DNA of 64,000 bases from Octopus sinensis (taxonomy: Eukaryota), in contig NC_043003.1 of NCBI RefSeq assembly GCF_006345805.1, forward strand, positions 11,656,001 through 11,720,000. The letters run 5' to 3'. Of this stretch, positions 1-8,931 are shown piece after piece; position 1 is the first letter of the stretch; each line of letters begins with the position of its first letter. The notes under the pieces were generated by a model. It was given only the letters and a program-made list of their open reading frames with translations. It was not told the DNA's origin and ran no database searches. The position numbers were made by a program, and so were the translations under genes.

Positions 1-865
1 ACTAGAGCCATGTGTGCTAGTGCAGAGTCTTACTGAAACACCTATGGCCTTTTATAGCATACACTGTCTATCCAGGGCTTAACACTTATTTCCAGGACCT
101 CAATGTAGGCGGCAGAGTTAACTCTAAAGCCTTGTGGAAAGAAGTAAGGAGGCATCACATGTCCTTCATTGCTGACAACCCCTAAAACCATGACAGTTGC
201 AGGAAATTTTGTATGCATAACACTTGGAACTTCAGAAGGGTCTGCGCATAACCATCTGTCATTTCTTCTGTTGACTTTTTGATCTTGGTTGAAGTTTTTC
301 TTGCTTAAGAGAAAAACCAAATCAAATCTTCTACTGGATTTTTCAGTTTGTTTAAGAGCCTTTTAGATCTGATGTAGTGATTTTCTTTTGCTTTTTCTGA
401 CAAATTGACCGTTCCTCATCATATAAGACTTATATCAGATGTCTTCGTGGACAACATTTCTGACTGTTCCTTCTCACACATGGAGATCTTTTGCACTTGA
501 CCTCATGGACTTTCTGGGATTGTAATCAATGGTCTGTTGAACTTGCTGGATAAATTCAGGTGTTCTAATGATTTCAGAGTGTTTAGAATGCTTTTTATGC
601 TTTGATACTAGTGATACGTTTCCATTTTCAGTCTGTAGCTCCTTGCAAACTTTGTAGACAAAAGATCTGGCAACTTTTAAAAATCGAGATATTTCTAAAT
701 CGTTATGCTCTGCCTTTATAACCAAAATAACAGCATGCCTCTTCATTTCTTGAGTAAGATGAGGGTCTGCCATTATTATTTCCTAAAACAAAGATTACAC
801 AGAGTTAGCCAAAAATGCAGCAATGACCCCAAAAAGGTATGTCCTCAAATACCTTATCCACCCTG
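1..865 (-). mobile_element. Decayed Tc1/mariner-superfamily (maT-like) transposon, 5' part, truncated by window edge
   Basis: ORFs 474..773 (HTH region MKRHAVIL...KSMRSSAKDLHV) and 42..320 (KNFNQDQKVNRRNDRWL...KFPATVMVLGVVSNEGHVMPPYFF) are transposase-like. The second catalytic motif reads RP*VFQ*DSA with stops. The terminus reads TA-CAGGGTG on the - strand at 867-859. Confidence 0.85.
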
Positions 866-899
866 TATATATACAGACATATGTATATCTCAGCCTTTT

Positions 900-926
900 C
901 AATTCATTTGTGTGTGTCTATATATT

Positions 927-965
<39 letters not shown>

Positions 966-969
966 ACAC

Positions 970-1002
<33 letters not shown>

Positions 1003-1015
1003 TATATATATATAT

Positions 1016-1056
<41 letters not shown>

Positions 1057-1170
1057 TTATATATACACACACACATATATATACACACACACACACATAT
1101 ATACATATACACACACACGCACAAACACACACACACACACATACATACATACATACATACATACATAATA
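900..1170. repeat. Compound (CA)n/(TA)n microsatellite
   Basis: Direct reading; explains the HT/YI/VC-rich ORFs at 705-1232. Confidence 0.95.
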
Positions 1171-1849
1171 ATTATATTTGTGTTTCTATCCGTTTGTATA
1201 TAGTTTAGAAAAAGTATCACAAACACAAACATAATGACTACGAAATAATTACATAGAATAAATTAGGAAGAAATGTTTTATTTCACGAAGGAAGAAAACA
1301 AAGCAATCATTGATAAGTTTCTTGAAGGTTTAAATGTCTTATTTTTTATTTGCTTATTTGTTTATTTTGGTTTTTGCTTTTAAGATTTACCAAATTAGGT
1401 TTTAATGGAATTAGTGTTTCTTTTTTTCTTTGAACCACAAATTCTTTTACTACCAGGAAAATTAATATATTTGAATTCCGTCCATTATTAGCTCCAATAT
1501 TTACTTTGCTTCTGTATTTTGTATGACACAGATTCCGTATAATCCTTAAAAGCATCATTTTCTTTGACTAATCTTGGATGGAATTATATCTGGAACCACA
1601 GAAAACGGTTGCTTGATAAATCTTTTGCCAACATACTGGGTCTGTGTCTTCAGATCTCCAAACACTGTTTTCTTCTTTTCACTCTGCTCATGACTATCAA
1701 AACACAATTAGTGAATTCGCTGAAATATGAAGGAAAATGGTGGGGGGGGGAGTATGAGACATTTTTGGCACAGTTATTTTGGTGCCATCTTTGATATTGT
1801 TGATTCGAAGGTGCATGGCTTCAGTTGTTCGGGTATTTCACTCATGATC

Positions 1850-2375
1850 TTAACCCTTTCGTTACCAACTCTCTGAAACCAGCTCTGGTTCTGTGTACAA
1901 ATGTCTTGTTTCCATAAGATTTTAATTAAAATCTTCCATGAAACCTTAGTTACAATTTACGTTCCTAACACTAGCTGAATAATAACTAAGTTATTTTATT
2001 AAATTCTTTGTTATATTTAAAGTAAATGAAAGAAACACAGAGCATCTTAAAATAAATACAGTAACGAAAGGGTTAAAATATATAATAGAGAAACAATTCT
2101 TAACTCTTTTGATACCAACCCAGCTGAAACCGCCTGTTGGTCTGTAGCACAAATGTTTTGTTTTCAAAAGTTCTGAATAAAAATCTTCCACCAAACCTCA
2201 GTCACAATTTACGTTCATAACACTAGCTTGATGATAACTAAGTTATTTTACTAAATTCTTTGTTATATTTAAAGTAATTGAAAGAAACACAGAGCATCTC
2301 AAAATAAATAGAGTAACGAAAGGGTTAAAATATATAATAGAGAAACAATTCTTAACTCTTTTGATACCAACCAGG
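1850..2375. mobile_element. Two tandem piggyBac-type MITE copies plus the start of a third (252-bp period)
   Basis: TTAA-CCCTTTCGTTAC at 1850 and GTAACGAAAGGG-TTAA ending 2076 and 2328. The same junction (GGGTTAAAATATATAATAGAGAAACAATTCTTAACTC) occurs at about 2070 and 2322. Confidence 0.8.
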
Positions 2376-2599
2376 CTGTAACTAATAATGTACATAATTC
2401 CTCATCTCTTAAATAGAGAATTGTTGTTGTCATTGCATTGTTTCTTACAAGCTGTTCCAAGTTTTGCCTATAAACCTTAAATAACAAGTTGGATATTTTA
2501 CTATGGTTGTTATTTATGATTTTCAATGATACATTGCAAAGAAAGGACACCAAATATCAAGAATAAAGATTCTGTTAAATTTGTAACATTTTACAGTTT

Positions 2600-2950
2600 C
2601 GAAAGAGCTAAAAGAGAATCGGATGTTCACAGGTTGAAGTGTGTTTTTCCTTCGGATGTAGGCCATAACCATTTGCATAGTGTTTTGTATTTTTGGTACT
2701 TCTTAGGTTCCCTAGTAGTTGACCACAGCATTTAAGACGGCCATTTGGTATTATCCCCAAAGCACCGACAATCATACAGTTGTTCTTAGTCGTCAGAATT
2801 TCAAGACCTCTTGTTCAGGGCCCTTGTATTTACTTAACCTTTCGAATGTTTTCACAGAAGTGTTGCAGCCTACTGGGATTGACATATATATGAGTCAAGC
2901 TCATTTTGTCATTGCGATTTTTTTTACCACAATACCTGGTCTGTTTGCTT
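2600..2950 (-). mobile_element. 3' relic of an RLE-type (R4/Dong/NeSL-like) non-LTR retrotransposon
   Basis: Minus-strand translation across frameshifts gives NRPGIVVK...MSIPVGCNTSVKTFERLSKYK...IVGALGIIP...KIQ...AYIRRKTL. This matches the PD-(D/E)xK endonuclease C-terminus (RPDIVV...IDVSIP...EKLSKYKDL...VGALG...HILRKTL). Confidence 0.75.
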
Positions 2951-3241
2951 GTTGTTATTATTATTATTATCATCATTATTATTGTTATCAATGAAGGTGA
3001 CAATAGTAATAGCAGCATTAGCAAGAATAAAAGTAATTAGTGAAAAACACCTGCAATATATACATATGCACACACACACATGTACGTGTATATATATATC
3101 ATCATCATCATTTAACGTCCGCTTAAACGATGATGATGATGATATATATATATATCAATAATAATAAAAGGTAAAATTAATTAATTAATAATTTTACCAA
3201 GTAGCTTGGCATGTTAAAAGAACCATTATCGGTAAACTTAA

Positions 3242-3424
3242 ACAAAAATTTTAATAATTATTAGTATAATTATAATTAGGGTTCAGCAAAAAATTTGCTT
3301 CACCACATACCGAAATTTAGAAATAGCAGTCAAAATTAGCTATTTCTAAATTTCGGTATGTGGTGAAGCAAATTTTTTGCTGAACCCTAATTATAATTAT
3401 ACTAATAATTATTAAAATTTTTGT
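3242..3424. repeat. Perfect inverted repeat, 86-bp arms, 11-nt spacer
   Basis: 3242-3327 is the exact reverse complement of 3339-3424; spacer AGTCAAAATTA. Confidence 0.95.
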
Positions 3425-3835
3425 ATATATATTCTAATATTGACCAGTCAGAATGAATGTTCAACACTGCATTAGTGAATTTGCAGGTTGACGAGGTTAC
3501 CAGTGGTTTCATCTACAGGGGTTACCTCTCAATAGTTATCAAACCTGCCACATGGAGACAAGTGCCAACATTCCCTTTTGGCAGGCTTGATAATTGATAA
3601 TTTCTCTCCACATGAAACCATTGGTTGCTTTGTTAACTCATAAATATAGTATATATTTAGATAGATATATAGATTACTCCGATCTTTTACATTTCCACCA
3701 AACTTAGCTAATATGGCAACTTGCTTTAGTTTCCTTACAGAGGGCGGAAACAGACGAGGTGTAGTCGGTAACAGCCTCAGGCAAGTTTTTCAGTTGAATT
3801 TCACTTGATGATTCCACAAAACCAGTTGCCACTGC

Positions 3836-3853
3836 ATGGAGTCCCAGCTTCAG
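3836..3853 (+). CDS. Probable first coding segment (MESQLQ) of the CXXC gene, within exon 3741-3853
   Basis: Acceptor tttagtttccttacag ends at 3740 and donor CAG|GTAATG starts at 3854. ATG at 3836 has an in-frame TGA upstream (3809). The 18 coding nt end in phase 0, matching the phase-0 acceptor at 8932. Confidence 0.6.
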
Positions 3854-4020
3854 GTAATGTGAAGTTGAGTTGGAAAAAAAATTAAATAAATAAAATTAAA
3901 ATAAAACTAAAAAAAATGTAAACAAAGCAAAAAAAAAACAGGCATTTTATAGAATTTTTTTTCCTCTTTACATACCAAAAGCAACAGTAGACTGAAGCCA
4001 AGATCACCTCATGTATTATA

Positions 4021-4270
4021 CGAGGTGTTCAAAAAGTCTCTCCGCAGTGAGTATTTAGTGGTTTTCAGGTGCTTCTTGTACACTGATCCTTTACTTGCTC
4101 CCCAGGAAAGAAAAAAAAAAAAAGAAGTCAGGCAGGCAGGATTAAATCAGGTGATATTCGTGGCCAAAGTCCCTTCAAAATAATCCATTCACTGGAAAAT
4201 TCTTGAAGTAGTGCTATGGTGATGCGCAGCATGAAAAATTTCACTGCTGAGAGACTTTTTGAACACCCTG
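4021..4270 (-). mobile_element. Internally deleted Tc1/mariner element (250 bp) with TIRs and TA TSD
   Basis: 30-bp TIRs CGAGGTGTTCAAAAAGTCTCTCCGCAGTGA / CAGGGTGTTCAAAAAGTCTCTCAGCAGTGA, TA on both sides. The interior translates on the - strand as WPRISPDL...WG...SVYK, resembling the WPPRSPDL...FLWG.VK..VY motif. Confidence 0.85.
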
Positions 4271-4704
4271 TATAACATACATACATGTGTGTGTATCGCT
4301 TACTTGCTTGCTTGATCCCTTAATTCTGGATGGAGCTGATAGGGAGTGCCATCTTGATGCTATCTTGGTATATGGTATGTCTTGGATGTTAAAATTTGGC
4401 GGCACCCATCTTGTCCCTCTGTCTTCCAGGTTTGACCAAAACTGATTCCTTCTTGAGAGGAGAAGAGTCACCTCCAGTCCTGGACTGCTACCTTAGGTAT
4501 TGGCTCTGAAAAGATAGGAGGTGAAGTTGAACCCCCTCCTGCTAATAGGGTTTGAACTCAGTGCATCAGGAACCAGAACAACAACTGCAAGGCAGGCTAT
4601 CTGGTGCTCTAATAATTCTGCCTGTCCTCCACTTTTTAATATGTAGATCATAATCATCATCATCACAATCATTATCAACATCACCACCACCATCATCATC
4701 ACCT

Positions 4705-5335
4705 TCATCATCATCATTGTTATTTACCGATCCTTCTTCCATGTGACATAGGTTGGATAGTGCAATAGGAACCGACAAGCCATAGGATTACCCAGAGCTC
4801 CAGTGTCTGCTTCAGCATAGTTTCCACAGCCAGATGCCCTTCTTAATGCCAACCACTTTACAGAGTGTACTGGGTGCTTTTTCTTTTTGGCACCAGTACT
4901 GGTGGGGGTCATCAAGTACTTGCATGATAAAATCCACTTGGCTGACTGGGATCTAGCATCAAGGGAGTTGAAGGTATGAAAGAGGGATGGGAACAGGGGT
5001 CTATATGGCAACAACATCATCATCATCGTTTAACGTCCGCTTCAGCTTTCCATGCTAGCATGGGTTGGACGGTTCAACTGGTGTCTGGGAAGCCAGAAGG
5101 CTGTACCAGGCTCCAGTCTGATCTGGCAGTGTTTCTACAGCTGGATGCCCTTCCTAATGCCAACCACTCCGTGAGTGTAGTGGGTGCTTTTTATGTGCCA
5201 GGCGAGGCTGGCAACGGCCACGAACGGATGGTGCTTTTTACGTGCCACTGGCACGGAAGCCAGTTAAGGTGGTGCTGGCATCGGCCACGTTCGGATGGTG
5301 CTTTTTACGTGCCACCGGCACAGGGATCGCAACTA
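4705..5335 (-). mobile_element. Two adjacent RTE-tail SINE-like elements (family C)
   Basis: (CAT)n followed by cgtttaacgtccg...ggatgcccttcctaatgccaaccac, the reverse complement of an RTE-like 3' end with (GAT)n tail. Copies at about 4705-4925 and 5013-5335. Confidence 0.75.
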
Positions 5336-5802
5336 CAATTTCCATTGATTTTTTATGTTGATGTACTTGAACGAATTGGTAAAATCATGAGAGCCTCTGA
5401 CAAAATGCCTTTGCAGTGTGTGTTCAGGCTCTTTACATTGTAATTTCGAATCCCACCAAAGTCCGTTCTGCTGTTCAGTCTTCAATGATGATAAAATATA
5501 TTTTATAATGAAAATGAAAATGCTGGGTTGTAGCCTTCTCTCCCTCCAATTTGCCATGGTCAGGTATTTCCCTGGGTCAAGGGTGTCCAACTCATCTCAC
5601 AAAGCTTTAACAAAAGTGTAGGGCATGCTGACAGCAAGCCACATGATTACAAATGACTGCTGTGTTTTATGTAATGTGTATTCATGTGTATGAATATGTA
5701 TATATCTATATGTATGTATATGTATCCATGTCTATCTATTTGTGTATATATATGTGTATGCATATATATATGTGTGTGTATGTATAAATATCTATGTATA
5801 TA

Positions 5803-5985
5803 CCAGGGGTATAGCTAGGGTGGAGCAAGCAGAGCACATGCCCAGGGCGCCACTTTGAGGGGGACACAATTTTGGCCAAGTTCGTTTTCTAATTAAGCCA
5901 TTTAAAAAATGGTTGTGTTTGGGGGGGGGGGGGGCACAGTTTTTGTGCTTGCAGTGGGCACCATTTACCCCAGCTACACTCCTGG
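5803..5985. mobile_element. MITE with about 18-bp TIRs in a TA context
   Basis: CCAGGGGTATAGCTAGGG ... CCCCAGCTACACTCCTGG flanked by TATA on both sides. Confidence 0.7.
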
Positions 5986-6117
5986 TATATACATAAGTGT
6001 GTGTGTATGTAAATGTGTATGTGTAAATATGTATGTGTATATATATACATATTTGTCTTTTTGTTTATACAGATATGTGTGGGCATAAGTGTTATTTAGT
6101 TATGTGTATGTATATAT

Positions 6118-6181
<64 letters not shown>

Positions 6182-6634
6182 TAATATACATATATACACA
6201 TAGACATATATATATAATATACATATATCTTTACATACATTGACTGCTTGTATGTTTTTAGTCTCTGCCAGACAAATTTTTTTCTTTTTTTTATAAATAA
6301 TTGTGCTCTTTTCTATGGTGAAAGAATCGTTCAGTCATCATTTTCTTTTCTTTCTTCTTTGCCACAATATGGCATTAAAATGGCTCAATGGATAAAGTAT
6401 TGATTTACAAACTCATAGATCATAAGTTCAAATCTCTGTAAGGTAGCATTGTGTTTCAAGACTTGAACAGGTTATGTTATACAACAATTTTTATTATGTA
6501 CTGTAACATGTCTTTTAAGTCAGGTTTCTGAAGAAAAGAATATGACAAAGATAAAAGGGACTCATGTATCTAATGCTGGGGATATTTTGTTTTGTTTTAT
6601 TTATTTATATATTTATTGTTGTTGTTGTTGTTAA

Positions 6635-6870
6635 GGCAGCAAAATGTCAGAATCCTTAGCATGCTGGGTGAAATGCTGAGTAGTATTTCATCCATGTTCA
6701 TGTTCTGAGTTCAAATTCTGTGAAGGTTGACTTTGCCTTTCATTGTTTCAGGGTGGATGAAATAAGTACCAGTGAAATACTGGGGTTGATTTCATCAACC
6801 ACTTCCCTCCCCCAAAATTTCAGGCCTTTCACCTTTAGCAGAAAGGATTATTATTATTATTATTATTATT
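6635..6870 (+). mobile_element. tRNA-derived SINE family A
   Basis: Head ...gaatccttagcatgctgggtgaaatgct..., B-box-like gagttcaaattc, core actttgcctttcat...taagtaccag, (ATT)n tail. Confidence 0.75.
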
Positions 6871-6879
6871 GAGTGAGAA

Positions 6880-7385
6880 AGAAGTGCATGCCATCAAATC
6901 GACACTGGGGAACAAATATACGAGGCCCAGTATACCCGTCTGATAAGGGTGCACAAGTCACATGCATCACAGCCATATGTGCATGACATGGTGATCTCAT
7001 ATCAAGATAAACAGCACATGACCTTGCTAGTGGGGCCCAGTTAGAATTTTCTTCAGGTCAAGTAGCCTATCCCGCTCAAAAGTTCCCTGAATAAGGGTTA
7101 GCTAAAAATGTTGAACGAACCACCCATGTTTCCAAAGGTGAACTATTCAAACCCCAAAGAATCCCTCTCAACACATGGCTATGATGCTCCCCCACTACTT
7201 CTGCTCTTGATCAAAGAGGCACATATCGTCAGCCACTAAGGGACATGCTCAACTGGTTACGGTCAAACAACTGATAAGCAAATCTGTGGTATTGATCAGA
7301 ATATTTGCTGTAGCCCATCTTTTATAACAAGACAGAACAATGTACATGACAACACTTCCAATCAGTTAAGATCAGAAGCCACTAT
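6880..7385. mobile_element. Unclassified interspersed repeat between two family A SINEs
   Basis: More GC-rich block bounded by (ATT)n tracts with no credible ORF. Recognised only as repeat-like. Confidence 0.4.
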
Positions 7386-7421
7386 TATAATTATTATAAT
7401 TATTATTGTCATTATTATTTA

Positions 7422-7655
7422 AGGTGGTAAGCTGACAGAATTATTAGCATGCTAGAACAAAATGTTTTGTGGCATTTCATCTGCCTTTATGTTCCAGATT
7501 CAAACTCTGCTGCGGTCAACTTTGTCTTTCGTCATTTCAGGGTCAATTAAATAAGTACCGGTCATCTACTGGGGTCGATGTAATCAACTAGCCCTGTACC
7601 TCACCTCCCTGCAATTTCAGGCCTTGTGCCTACAGCAGAATGGATTATTATTGTT
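7422..7655 (+). mobile_element. tRNA-derived SINE family A
   Basis: ggtggtaagctgacagaattattagcatg head, same core as 6635, ATT tail. Confidence 0.75.
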
Positions 7656-8201
7656 ATTTTTTTTTGTTTCATTTCGTACTTGAAAATTTGGCAGTATAAA
7701 ACTAAGACTGTTTAGGAGAATGAGGAAATGGTCCTCATTTGTTGTTCTTCATTTCATGATTTGATTTAAGTCAATTAGAAGAGATTTTTGTTGGTAGTTT
7801 TGATGTTCATCTTTCATGTTCTTAAAACTGACCAGATTAGCAACTTTACTCTTTTAAATCCTGAAGTGGTTTATTAGGCCAATATTTGCACAAAATCCAT
7901 GGTTACAGTGGGGGGGGGGCATAATAGCAGAATCTGGATCTGGAGGGACCCTTGCTTTCCAAACAGACCTCTTCTTAATTTTTCTGATCATTTCTGATTC
8001 TGAGTGCAGTATTCTAAGTCTACACAACACTATGTCACAATAACTGGACATGAACTCTAAGTTACACTTTTGCAGGGTTGTTTTAAGAGGGCTTTATGTC
8101 TCTGCCAAAACCCAACTGCTGTTTCGCCAATGTTATACTTACTTAAATCTAGTCTAAGAGAGTTGACCTTAAAAAGAAAATCTGGTTGTTTTAGAACTAT
8201 T

Positions 8202-8406
8202 TTACTCTTTTACTTGTTTCATTCATTTGACTGCAGCCATGCTGGAGCACCACCTTTAGTCGAGCAAATCGACCCCCAAGACTTATTCTTTGTAAACCTA
8301 GTACTTATTCTATCAGTCTCTTTTGCTAAACTGCTAAGTTACGGTGACATAAACACACCAGCATTGGTTGTCAAGCAATGTTGGTGGAACAAACACAGAC
8401 ACACAA

Positions 8407-8467
<61 letters not shown>

Positions 8468-8635
8468 CATACATATATACGACAGGCTTCTTTCAGTTTC
8501 TGTCTACCAAATCCGCTCAAAACTTTGGTCGGCCCAAGGCTATAGTAGAAGACACTTTTCCAAGGTGCCACGTAGTAGGACTGAACCCGGAACCATGTGG
8601 TTCGTAAGCAAGCTACTTACCACACAACCACTCAT
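8202..8635 (-). mobile_element. SINE family B with internal (CA)n/(TA)n tract
   Basis: Reverse complement of gagtggctgtgtggtaagtagcttg...ggttccgggttcagtccc...tgactgaaacaagtaaaagag; at least 13 related copies in the window. Confidence 0.85.
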
Positions 8636-8931
8636 ACGCTTTACATTTGACACTAATCTGAATGCTAAAGGGTTAAGTACTCTGATTATGTCTATTTTAT
8701 TTTCTGTATTAATGTCCTAAACCTTTTGTATTCATGTCTATAAACTCAAATAGGATTTCTATTTTTTTCTTCTTTTGTGATTTCATGAATGGATAAACGA
8801 TTCATTTTGGTTTCTTTATTTTAGGAAAATACATTACAATATGTTTTTGATTTTTTTATCATTTGTTTTTGACATTTTGTTTATTGATTATAAACATCAT
8901 TAACGTTGAGTTTTTTCTTTGTGTTTTTCAG

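Noticed and set aside
1480-1730. Protein-like minus-strand stretches (DSHEQSEKKKTVFGDL..., ENDAFKDYTESVSYK...) behind a good acceptor
   Set aside because: Frames are broken by stops and I recognise no family; possibly a decayed element or pseudogene.
8863-8931. N-terminal MFLTFCLLIINIINVEFFLCVFQ of the 523-aa ORF (looks like a signal peptide)
   Set aside because: It starts at TTG and is the intron's polypyrimidine tract and acceptor read in frame.
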